A stretch of 64,000 bases of DNA from SAR116 cluster bacterium AG-447-A06 (GTDB taxonomy: Bacteria > Pseudomonadota > Alphaproteobacteria > Puniceispirillales > Puniceispirillaceae). Below, one piece after another: positions 1-9,076 of the stretch. Position 1 is the stretch's first letter. Each line of letters opens with the position of its first letter. Position numbers and translations under genes: made by a program. The DNA is taken from positions 20,614 through 84,613 of the forward strand of contig QCPZ01000005.1 of the NCBI GenBank assembly GCA_003212345.1, in the 5' to 3' direction. The notes beneath the pieces are model-generated. The model was not told the DNA's origin and searched no databases. It saw only the letters and a list, made by a program, of their open reading frames with translations.

Positions 1-1
1 A

Positions 2-1219
2 GTGGTCCACGACAGTCTTCTAGCACTGGTCGAACCTGTCATCAAAAAACATGACACCTTGGTCGAGCTCATCATCGTCACAGATAGTAATAGCACAAAT
101 TACACCACCTTTGCTGAATGGATTGACAAGGAAAACAGTGAACTTGATCCAGCGACGACGCATCGCGAGGACTTTTGTTCACTTCACTATTCCAGTGGTA
201 CGACTGGTATGCCAAAGGGGGTCTTACACATGCACAAGGACTACCCCTTGATTGCCCAGTTATCTGGTGTGGACCTGTTTAGCATTAGCGAGAATGATCG
301 AACGTTTTCAGTTGCTAAACTATTCTTTGTTTACGGTATTGGTGGCAATCTTATCTTTCCCTGGTACGTGGGAGCAAGCTGTGTTCTCTACGCTGGATCA
401 GCCCGACAAGCACCAGCAGTCCTTAAAACGATCGCCACTTTCAAACCCACGATATTTGTCTCCGTTCCCACAATCTATAGCGCCATTCTCTCGTTACCTG
501 ATTTCAGTAAACGCTACGATATTGGATCGTTAAGAGTTTGCATTTCTGCCGGTGAGCCCTTGCCCGTGCAGACTTGGAATACTTGGAAAGATGCTACCGG
601 AGTTGAAATACTTGATACGATTGGGTGCACTGAAACATACCATACATTCATGGCAAACAAGCCGGGAGAAGTGCGTCCCGGTAGCAGTGGAAAACCAATA
701 AGAGGGTATGATGTAAAGCTTGTGGACGATGAAGGCCAGGATACCAAACTTGGAACTGTCGGCAACCTTCTGGTTCGGGGAGAGTCAACAGCCCTTTTTT
801 ACTTGCATCAATCGGAAAAAACTAGGCATTCATTCCGAGGTGAGTGGTTATTTACTGGCGATCGATATTTGCAAGATAAGGATGGCTACTATTGGCATCA
901 AGGGCGCGTAGATGACATGCTTAAGGTTGGAGGACTCTGGGTTTCGCCAATGGAAATTGAGGAAGTTCTGAACATGCATGACAGTGTTGCTGAATGCGCA
1001 GTCGTTGGCCATTATGACAGTTCTGGACTACTTAAGCCCAAAGCTTTTGTTTGTTTAAGAAGTGATTTTGAGCCCTCGGACAAATTATTTGAACAACTCC
1101 TCAAGCTATGCGCAAAAAACCTCGACGCCAACAAACGCCCCAGGTGGCTTGAATTCATCAATGACCTGCCACGCACCTCGACAGGAAAATTGCAGCGTTT
1201 CAAATTGCGAGAGCAATAA
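2..1219 (+). CDS. Benzoate-CoA ligase family aryl-CoA ligase (5' truncated by window edge)
   Basis: ANL motifs YSSGTTGMPKG, TGD, GRVDDMLKVGG and LPRTSTGK; BCL-like segments AKLFFVYG and ILDTIGCTE..H; box genes lie downstream. Confidence 0.85.
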   Translation: MVHDSLLALVEPVIKKHDTLVELIIVTDSNSTNYTTFAEWIDKENSELDPATTHREDFCSLHYSSGTTGMPKGVLHMHKDYPLIAQLSGVDLFSISENDRTFSVAKLFFVYGIGGNLIFPWYVGASCVLYAGSARQAPAVLKTIATFKPTIFVSVPTIYSAILSLPDFSKRYDIGSLRVCISAGEPLPVQTWNTWKDATGVEILDTIGCTETYHTFMANKPGEVRPGSSGKPIRGYDVKLVDDEGQDTKLGTVGNLLVRGESTALFYLHQSEKTRHSFRGEWLFTGDRYLQDKDGYYWHQGRVDDMLKVGGLWVSPMEIEEVLNMHDSVAECAVVGHYDSSGLLKPKAFVCLRSDFEPSDKLFEQLLKLCAKNLDANKRPRWLEFINDLPRTSTGKLQRFKLREQ

Positions 1220-1222
1220 CCT

Positions 1223-4200
1223 ATGACTAGAGGAAAACAACAACATAAAAATCGTATAAGAACACTGAAAGATGCGCATAATGAAATAGAGCGTTTGCGC
1301 GCAAAAATTGACAAACAGGCTGGCGGAGAAGGCCCGCGAGAACCTATTGCTATAATTGGCATGGGCTGCCGCTTTCCCGGACGTGTCCGAACACCTGACG
1401 ACTTTTGGAAATTACTAAACTCAGGCCGCGACATATTGCGCGACATACCCGGTGATCGCTGGGACATCGATGAACACTACAGCCCAGAGGTAGCTGCACC
1501 AGGTAAGATATATGTGCGACAAGGTTATTATTTAGACGACATCGACCAATTTGATCCACAGTTTTTTGGTTTATCGCCGCGTGAAGCAGAAAGCCTCGAT
1601 CCTCAGCAACGTTTGGTTATGGAGGTCTGCTGGGAGACATTAGAGCATGCTGGAATAGCTCCCTCTTCGCTCAAGGGTGGAAGCACTGGGGTTTTTGTCG
1701 GCCAATATTGGGATGATTATTCATCACAAAGAATTTATTCCAACGATAATCATGAAATTGATCGTTACGCACAGCTTAGCGCTCTTCGCGGTCTCACGGC
1801 AGGGCGGATTTGTCATATTTTAGACTCACATGGTCCGGCAATCCAGCTGGACACCGCATGCTCATCCTCGTCTCTTGCCGTGCATTTGGCGTGCCAATCG
1901 TTGAGAACCGGTGAGAGCGATGTGGCCCTAGCAGGTGGCGTTAGCTTGATACTAGCGCCCGAGCATTTGATCGGCATCTGTCAGATGGCGGCGTTGTCTC
2001 CCGACGGTAGATGCAAGACTTTTGATGCTAGCGCTGATGGATTCGGCCAAGGTGAAGGTTGCGGCATGATCGCCATGAAGCGGTTAAGTGACGCTCAAGC
2101 TGAAGGGGACAATGTGCTTGCCGTTGTACGTGGATCTGCTGCCAATCACGATGGTCAGGCCCGTACGGTGACAACACCGAGTGGACCCGCCCAACGCGCT
2201 ATGTTGAAGAATGCACTGGAGGATGCGGGAATTGAGCCACATCAGGTGGACTTCGTTGAAACTCATGGTACGGGGACGCCGCTTGGCGATCCAATTGAAG
2301 TTAGCGCCATTGGACGAGTGTTATGTAAAAACCGAGAAAAGACACTCTATTTAGGGGCAGTTAAAGCTAATGTTGGGCATCTTGACTCCGCTGCTGGAAT
2401 TGCAGGCTTAATTAAAGTCGTGTTATCGCTACAGCATAAAACCATTCCTGCACATCTTAATTTTTCTGAACCCAATAGGCATATCCCATGGAATGATTGG
2501 CCCATCAAGATCCCGTTAGAAAATACCACTTGGGAGGGCAAAGAACGCGTTGCTGGCATTAGCGCCTTTGGGATGAGCGGTACGAATGTTCACATAATTG
2601 TTAGTGGAGCTCCAGAGCCAATCGTGCCCGATGGAGACCAACTCCCAAAATCCACAACAACACAATTATTGACGCTCTCCGCCCATACCGATGTAGCTTT
2701 GTCCAATCTCGCAAAACAATATGCTGATATGCTTAACGCCGAAGACAATTTGAAAGAATTGAGCCTCGACAACCTTTGCTATTCAGCGGCCAGCGGTCGT
2801 TCCCATTTTTCTCACCGTGCTGCGTTTGTGTCCGACAATTCCTCGAAGCTAGCAAACACACTGAATGATTTTGCTGCTGGTAGAGCGACGCATGGTGCAA
2901 TAAGTGGGGTCGCAGGACGTCGCGCGCCTAAGTTAGCCTTCCTTTTTACGGGTCAAGGTGCTCAATCCACCGGCATGGGCAAAGAGATCTACGAAGCTCA
3001 CCCAATTTTTCAAGAAGCACTTGACCGATGCGCTACGCTTTTTGACAACTACCTAGAGCATCCCCTCCTTGAAATTATGTGGAATAGTGAGGCTTTGAAC
3101 CAAACTGAATATACGCAACCTGCTCTGTTCGCGATCGAGTATTCACTTGCGAAACTTTTGGAGGAATGGGGCATAGTGCCCGATTTAGTTTTGGGGCATA
3201 GTATTGGTGAATACGCGGCTGCATGCGTTGCTAACGTATTTACACTTGAGGATGCGGTTCGGATGGTAGCTGCGCGTGGGCGTTTGATGCAGTCCCTGCC
3301 CATGAATGGAAAAATGGTCAGCGTTGTTACTGATGAGGTCTCAGCCAAAGCCGCGATCGCTGAGTTTCCATCTGTTTCTATTGCTGCTGTCAATGCGCCA
3401 CAAAGCATCGTTCTTTCGGGTGAAGGCCAAGCGATTGATTTGATTGTGGACCGCTTAAACAGCCAAGGCATCAAGACAACTGTACTGAATGTAAGTCATG
3501 CGTTTCACTCACCATTGATGGAACCGATCCTTCATGAATTTCGCATCATTGCGGAAAGCGTGAATTTCAACCCACCAAGCATCAAACTCCTCTCTAACCT
3601 CACAGGTGAGCCTTGGGATGATACACAACTTTCTCCTGAATACTGGGTGGAACATTTGCGGAGTGCGGTGAGATTTTCGGATGGTATCGATTATGCAAAG
3701 TCCAAGAACATTGGGGTATTTGTGGAAATTGGCCCTAAACCAACGCTTCTTGGGTTAGGTCGTAACTGTGTCCCCTCTGAGTTTGGCATTTGGCTGCCAA
3801 GTTTAAGGCCGAAGTTTGAGTGGTCTACGTTATTGGAATGTATTCAAAAACTTTATGTGGCTGGTGTTGATCTTGATTGGAAAAAATTTTTTAAGTGTCC
3901 CAAATTAAGACGCATTCACCTACCCAATTACCCCTGGCAATATCAACGTTGTTGGACTGAAGTGGTTACTAATGGACGGAGTGGACCAAAACTTCACCCA
4001 CTAATCCACCAAAAGATTGAGAATGCGAGTAAAAGTATAATTTTTGAGTCCACCTTAAGCGCCAATAATCCGGCTTATCTCAATGATCATCGAGTTTTTG
4101 GTGAAACAGTTTTCCCTGCCAGTGCATTTTTTGAGATGGCAACAGTTGCTGCTAATTTGGTGTTTGATCACGATGAGGTGGCATTAAAGCATGTCACTAT

Positions 4201-7200
4201 AGGTCGCGCTTTAGTGCTATCCGACGAACCAGTTAAAGTGCAGGTAATTGCCACACCAAACGAAGACCATTTTGATTTTGAAATTTTTAGCCGTTCTGCT
4301 AGAGACACGGACGGAGAGTGGATCCAGCACGCAGAGGGAACACTCGAACACAAGTCGCCTAGCTCACCACGCTCCATTAATATCGATGAAGAATTAACGC
4401 ATTTCACTCATCCAGTGGACACAGAAGAACTTTCAGCATGGTTTAAGGCCCGAGGGCTCGAGTATCGCCCCCGTTTTGAAGCAATTGAAACTATCTTTTT
4501 ACAAAAAAGAGACTCAAGTGATGAGTTTAGGAGCGCCATTGCACGTATTAAGCTACCGGTTGATACCGTTTTGGCTGGTGAAAATTACAAACTGCACCCC
4601 GTTATCACCGACTCAAGCTTTAGGATTTCGGAAGCCATTTTTCAAGAACAAGAAGTCGATCGGATTTTTCTACCGTTTGGTGTGTTAGGCTTTAGTTGCA
4701 ACCACTCAATCAGTGAGTCGTTTTGGGTCAAAGTAACTGCGCGGCAAAAAGCCCAAAGTCGGATTGTAGATATACAACTCTTTGATGATGGCGGCAAACG
4801 TGTTGCTACAGTAGAGAGTCTATCATTACGTCCAGTCAACATTTCTGGCCTGAGAAATACCTTTGCTAAGCAAAACACAGTGCGCGCCGCACCGGCTGAT
4901 TGTTTGTATCGACTTGGATGGGAAAAGGCAGAGTTGCCTGAGTCCGCTGCGAAGTTGGGAAACTGGCTATTGTTGTCAGACAAGGGCTGCATATCCGACT
5001 CTCTGTTCTCCGCAATGAAAATAGCTGGGCACGGGGTACATATCGCCAGTTCAGCAGATGCTGCATGTGAATTTTTAAGCTCAAAAAACGCCCACGATCT
5101 AAACGGAATTATGCACCTTTGGGGAATGGACACCAGTGAAGAACATCCAGATGGCCCTCTTTTCGCAAGTTTGAAAGTCGTGCAAACGTGTATTAAAAAC
5201 AATATTTCCGGAAAAAACTGGTTTGTGACAAAAGGAGCGCAGGCAGTTGAAGCTCAAGACACTGTATCGCCTTGGCAAAGTCAGTTTTGGGGCTTTGGCC
5301 GGGCGTTGCAATCAGAAAATCCAACAAAATTCGGTGGTTGTATTGACCTTGACCCAAATGCAAAGGAAACATCTGGTATTTTTGGAATGCTTATCAACGA
5401 ACTATGTTGCGTCAGCAACGACACAGAAATTGCGTTTCGTCAAGAGGCGCGGCACACCGGTTACCTCCAAAAACTTGCGCCCATTGAGCGTCTGCAGCCT
5501 TCTTTAGAGCTAAGCCCCGATGCTTCGTATCTAATAACCGGTGGGTTAGGTTCACTTGGATTAAAAGTTGGGGAATACTTGGCAACTCATGGCGCTCGTC
5601 ATTTAGTTCTTACAGGTCGCAGTGGCGTTTCAACCAAATATCAACGTACTGCATTAAAAGCTATTGAGGATATCGGTACCACCGTCGAGGTGGTTACCAC
5701 GGATATCAGTGATGCGGCAGGTGTCAAAAAGTTATTGGCAAGCCTGCCACGCCTGCGAGGAATAGTCCATGCAGCGGGCGTTTTGGCTGATGGAATGTTG
5801 ATCCAACAAAGCTCTGAAAGCTATGAGAAAGTTGCTGGGCCAAAGGTCAGGGGCGCTTGGCACTTGCACACCCAAACCCAAGATCGACCGTTGGATTTCT
5901 TTGTCCTTTTCTCTTCAGTTGCCAGTATTATTGGATCTCCTGGTCAGTCAAATTACGCAGCTTCAAATGCCTTTATGGATGGCCTCGCACACTTCCGTAG
6001 AAGGAAGGGTTTGGCAGCAACCGCTGTCAATTGGGGACCTTGGGCCAATGTTGGTATGGCGGCTTCTGATCTAGTAATGCAACGTTTGTTAAAAGATGGC
6101 TGGCAGCCGATGAATGCCAACGAGGGCTGCAGTTACATGGGACAACTTTTGACAATACATGATTTTCCACAGGCTGCCGTTTTGCCAGTTGATTGGGTGC
6201 AATTTGTTGCGAACACACCCGGAGCCAACAAATGGAGTACGTTAAAGCATTGTATTCTAGAAGAGCAAGCAAACCTTCCGGTTGATGACTCAGCAGAGTT
6301 GGCCGCAAGAAAAGTAAAAGATGCACATCCTGATCAACGAATTGATTTAATTGTTTTTTATCTTCTCAAACGCATCGCCCAAACCTTGAGGGTTCCTGCT
6401 ACTAACCTTGATGAATTTGCAAAGCCCGCTGATCTGGGCATCGACTCATTGACTGCTGTTGAGATTCAGATTTGGGTTAAGGGTGATCTTCAAGTTGAAG
6501 TCGAAGTTGAACAACTTTTTACCACTCCAAACATTAGAGATCTCGCCCTTACTATAAATCAATTATTCGAGGGCAATCCGGGTTGTGTTGAGCTGGGCGC
6601 ATCGCCTTTGCCCTCGAGTCAAGGTCGCTGGGTAATTTGCCCTCACCCGCGCCCAAAGGCAACGCTTCAGCTCTATTGTTTTCCATATGCTGGGGGAGGA
6701 GCATCCGCATTTAATGCATGGGGTAAAATGCTTACTGATCAAGTTGAAATTTGCCTTATTCAAATGCCGGGGCGTGAAGAGAGGCTGAATGAAAAATTGA
6801 TTAAGGATATGCCACAGCTAGTGGACGCCCTGGCACAAGAGATAAGTGTCTTTTCAAAAAAACCGTACGCTTTTTTTGGTCACAGCATGGGTGCAATTGT
6901 CGCCTATGAAACGGCTCGGCGGTTAAACGCTATGGGCGTTAGCAAGCCGGCACATCTATTCTTGTCAGCCAGAGCCGCCCCGCATTTGCAAAAGAATACT
7001 GATCTCCTTCGGTTTCTTGACGATGAGGCTTTTGTCGATAAGCTACAAACAACTTATGGTGCAGTTCCAGAAGCTGTCCGACAAAATCCAGAGGTGAGAA
7101 AAATCTTTCTTCCTATTCTCCGAGCCGATGTCGAATTGCTGGAAACATATCACGAGACCTCCCCTGAACCACTTGATTTGCCGATATCGGCAATGGGTGG

Positions 7201-7363
7201 AATTAGTGATCCCGCCATATCAAGAGCCCAGTTGGAGGGTTGGCAGGCTCGAACAAGTGCCAAATTCACATATCATGAATTTCCAGGCGACCATTTCTAC
7301 ATAGATGAAGAGCGCGAGGCAGTAATGGCAGCCATCAAAAATGATCTCGCCCACAACCTCTAA
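1223..7363 (+). CDS. Type I polyketide synthase, single module KS-AT-DH-KR-ACP-TE
   Basis: KS: EPIAIIGMGCRFPG, DTACSSS, HGTGT, GHLDSAAG. AT: FTGQG, GHSIG, HAFHS. DH: HRVFGETVFP, HPVITD. KR: ITGGLGSLG, HAAGVLAD, YAASN. ACP: LGIDSL. TE: CFPYAGG, GHSMG, GDHF. Confidence 0.95.
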   Translation: MTRGKQQHKNRIRTLKDAHNEIERLRAKIDKQAGGEGPREPIAIIGMGCRFPGRVRTPDDFWKLLNSGRDILRDIPGDRWDIDEHYSPEVAAPGKIYVRQGYYLDDIDQFDPQFFGLSPREAESLDPQQRLVMEVCWETLEHAGIAPSSLKGGSTGVFVGQYWDDYSSQRIYSNDNHEIDRYAQLSALRGLTAGRICHILDSHGPAIQLDTACSSSSLAVHLACQSLRTGESDVALAGGVSLILAPEHLIGICQMAALSPDGRCKTFDASADGFGQGEGCGMIAMKRLSDAQAEGDNVLAVVRGSAANHDGQARTVTTPSGPAQRAMLKNALEDAGIEPHQVDFVETHGTGTPLGDPIEVSAIGRVLCKNREKTLYLGAVKANVGHLDSAAGIAGLIKVVLSLQHKTIPAHLNFSEPNRHIPWNDWPIKIPLENTTWEGKERVAGISAFGMSGTNVHIIVSGAPEPIVPDGDQLPKSTTTQLLTLSAHTDVALSNLAKQYADMLNAEDNLKELSLDNLCYSAASGRSHFSHRAAFVSDNSSKLANTLNDFAAGRATHGAISGVAGRRAPKLAFLFTGQGAQSTGMGKEIYEAHPIFQEALDRCATLFDNYLEHPLLEIMWNSEALNQTEYTQPALFAIEYSLAKLLEEWGIVPDLVLGHSIGEYAAACVANVFTLEDAVRMVAARGRLMQSLPMNGKMVSVVTDEVSAKAAIAEFPSVSIAAVNAPQSIVLSGEGQAIDLIVDRLNSQGIKTTVLNVSHAFHSPLMEPILHEFRIIAESVNFNPPSIKLLSNLTGEPWDDTQLSPEYWVEHLRSAVRFSDGIDYAKSKNIGVFVEIGPKPTLLGLGRNCVPSEFGIWLPSLRPKFEWSTLLECIQKLYVAGVDLDWKKFFKCPKLRRIHLPNYPWQYQRCWTEVVTNGRSGPKLHPLIHQKIENASKSIIFESTLSANNPAYLNDHRVFGETVFPASAFFEMATVAANLVFDHDEVALKHVTIGRALVLSDEPVKVQVIATPNEDHFDFEIFSRSARDTDGEWIQHAEGTLEHKSPSSPRSINIDEELTHFTHPVDTEELSAWFKARGLEYRPRFEAIETIFLQKRDSSDEFRSAIARIKLPVDTVLAGENYKLHPVITDSSFRISEAIFQEQEVDRIFLPFGVLGFSCNHSISESFWVKVTARQKAQSRIVDIQLFDDGGKRVATVESLSLRPVNISGLRNTFAKQNTVRAAPADCLYRLGWEKAELPESAAKLGNWLLLSDKGCISDSLFSAMKIAGHGVHIASSADAACEFLSSKNAHDLNGIMHLWGMDTSEEHPDGPLFASLKVVQTCIKNNISGKNWFVTKGAQAVEAQDTVSPWQSQFWGFGRALQSENPTKFGGCIDLDPNAKETSGIFGMLINELCCVSNDTEIAFRQEARHTGYLQKLAPIERLQPSLELSPDASYLITGGLGSLGLKVGEYLATHGARHLVLTGRSGVSTKYQRTALKAIEDIGTTVEVVTTDISDAAGVKKLLASLPRLRGIVHAAGVLADGMLIQQSSESYEKVAGPKVRGAWHLHTQTQDRPLDFFVLFSSVASIIGSPGQSNYAASNAFMDGLAHFRRRKGLAATAVNWGPWANVGMAASDLVMQRLLKDGWQPMNANEGCSYMGQLLTIHDFPQAAVLPVDWVQFVANTPGANKWSTLKHCILEEQANLPVDDSAELAARKVKDAHPDQRIDLIVFYLLKRIAQTLRVPATNLDEFAKPADLGIDSLTAVEIQIWVKGDLQVEVEVEQLFTTPNIRDLALTINQLFEGNPGCVELGASPLPSSQGRWVICPHPRPKATLQLYCFPYAGGGASAFNAWGKMLTDQVEICLIQMPGREERLNEKLIKDMPQLVDALAQEISVFSKKPYAFFGHSMGAIVAYETARRLNAMGVSKPAHLFLSARAAPHLQKNTDLLRFLDDEAFVDKLQTTYGAVPEAVRQNPEVRKIFLPILRADVELLETYHETSPEPLDLPISAMGGISDPAISRAQLEGWQARTSAKFTYHEFPGDHFYIDEEREAVMAAIKNDLAHNL

Positions 7364-7381
7364 CAGATAGAGCAAGACAGT

Positions 7382-8662
7382 ATGCAAGATAATAAGGTGA
7401 TCATTGCCGGAGGAGGAATTGGTGGGCTGACTTTGGCCTTAACATTTCACCAAATTGGAGTGCCTTTTTTAGTATTGGAAACATGGCGAACTATGCGTCC
7501 GCTGGGAGTAGGGATAAACATTCAACCTAATGCAGTTAGGGAATTTTTTGAATTGGGCCTGACTTCGGAAGTGCTGGATACAATCGGCGTGTCGGCCAAA
7601 GAATGGGCTTTAGTGGGACTCAATGGCCGAGAAGTCTACGCAGAAAAGCGCGGTTTGGATGCTGGCTATAAGTGGCCCCAATACGCCGCACACCGTGGTG
7701 AATTACACATGCTTTTATACCGAACTTTGATAGAGCGTGCGGGAGCCGAGTCTGTAATGTTGGACGCAAAGGTTGATAAATATTTCAAACAACCATCTGG
7801 GAAAGTGGACGTATCGGTAAAGCGAAGTGATGGTTCACAGTTTCAAATTTCCGGCAGCCTACTCATTGGCGCAGATGGGATCCACTCTGCCGTGCGAGCC
7901 CAAATGCACCCAGATCAGCCGCCAATTCACTGGGGCGGGGCAATTATGTGGCGAGGTACAGTACGCGCGAAACCTTTACGCACAGAATCATCTTTCATCG
8001 GCCTTGGCACCCATAAGCATCGTATGGTGATTTATCCAATTTCAAAGCCAGAGGCGGATGGAATGGTTCTCACTAATTGGATTGCTGAACTTACAATGGA
8101 TAGTAACAAAGGCTGGTTGGAAGACACTTGGTTCAAAGAAGTACCAATTCAGAGTTTTGCTCATCATTTTGATGATTTCCGTTATGACTGGCTCGACGTT
8201 CCGTCGATGTTGTATAAATCAGATTGTGGCTATATGAATCCGATGATTGATCGTGACCCAGTTGCAACCTGGGTAGATGGGCCAGTCGCATTAATGGGCG
8301 ATGCTGCACACGCGATGTATCCAACCGGATCTAATGGAGCTAGCCAAGCCATAGTCGACGCAAGGGTTATCGGCGCGACGATTCTCAAGCTGGGTCTAAC
8401 TCCTGATGCCCTTAAATTATATGATAACCTGTTGTGTAAAAAAGTATCAGAACTGGTGCTCCGGAATCGATCAGCTGGGCCATTTGGCCTGCTCGATATC
8501 CTGAACGACAGATGTGGTGGGATCTTCGAAGATATTGAGACCGTAATTTCTCTGGAAGAAAGAAACGAATTTATGGGCAAATATAAAATGGCGGCGGGCT
8601 TCGCAATCGAGGCTTTAAACGAAGCAAAGCCAACAATTCCGCCAAATGCCAAGTTCAGTTAG
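7382..8662 (+). CDS. FAD-dependent monooxygenase (group A flavoprotein aromatic hydroxylase, PhzS/salicylate hydroxylase-like)
   Basis: GGGIGG dinucleotide motif, IGADGIHS (DG motif), LMGDAAHAMYPTGSNG (GD motif). Confidence 0.85.
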   Translation: MQDNKVIIAGGGIGGLTLALTFHQIGVPFLVLETWRTMRPLGVGINIQPNAVREFFELGLTSEVLDTIGVSAKEWALVGLNGREVYAEKRGLDAGYKWPQYAAHRGELHMLLYRTLIERAGAESVMLDAKVDKYFKQPSGKVDVSVKRSDGSQFQISGSLLIGADGIHSAVRAQMHPDQPPIHWGGAIMWRGTVRAKPLRTESSFIGLGTHKHRMVIYPISKPEADGMVLTNWIAELTMDSNKGWLEDTWFKEVPIQSFAHHFDDFRYDWLDVPSMLYKSDCGYMNPMIDRDPVATWVDGPVALMGDAAHAMYPTGSNGASQAIVDARVIGATILKLGLTPDALKLYDNLLCKKVSELVLRNRSAGPFGLLDILNDRCGGIFEDIETVISLEERNEFMGKYKMAAGFAIEALNEAKPTIPPNAKFS

Positions 8663-8935
8663 TTTAAGTAATCAGTGCTTTCATGAGCTAAGTTGGCGAC
8701 GCAATTTCAATTAAAGCCATCCTGACATAAGTAAGCGTCGTATAACCCATGCTAGCGCCGAGACTCACGGAGCAATACTAATCGATACAGAGTCCCAGAT
8801 CTCTTCAGCAGACACTTATTGCAATTTTAATGAGTAGGTTAACCTCGTCAGCTTGCAGAGTCGTGAAAGCTCTATACTTAAACGCTGGTTTTCCTGTCTC
8901 CTATCCAAAACTAACGAAAAAAAAGACAAAAATGC

Positions 8936-8951
8936 ATGCAATATAACGCAT
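8936..8951. promoter_or_regulatory. Candidate BoxR/BzdR operator ATGCA-ATATAA-CGCAT
   Basis: Near-palindromic TGCA-N6-(T/C)GCA upstream of boxC; BzdR/BoxR regulators bind TGCA-containing repeats and boxR is in the cluster. Confidence 0.55.
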
Positions 8952-8997
8952 TATTATGATGGCTCTTCTAAAAAAATAGGATCATAATCTCAATAAA

Positions 8998-9013
8998 GAG
9001 CATCATAATGCAT
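8998..9013. promoter_or_regulatory. Second candidate BoxR operator GAGCA-TCATAA-TGCAT
   Basis: Same GCA-N6-TGCA spacing, about 60 nt downstream of the first site and upstream of the boxC RBS. Confidence 0.5.
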
Positions 9014-9076
9014 CAAAAGTTTGACGATCAGGCAAAGGTTAGGGTACGTATTAGTTCTCATCAGGAGAGGTATTTC

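Noticed and set aside
1223-7363. PKS as a PUFA synthase or fatty acid synthase
   Set aside because: Single ACP, no ER or chain-length-factor domain, and no pfa genes
8663-8930. Possible gene remnant or sRNA in the gap between the monooxygenase and boxC
   Set aside because: The frames I translated are short or interrupted with no recognisable motif, and I saw no convincing structure
9008-9076. N-terminal 23 aa extension of BoxC in the ORF track
   Set aside because: A good RBS precedes ATG 9077, family similarity starts there, and ATG 9008 lies inside a candidate operator
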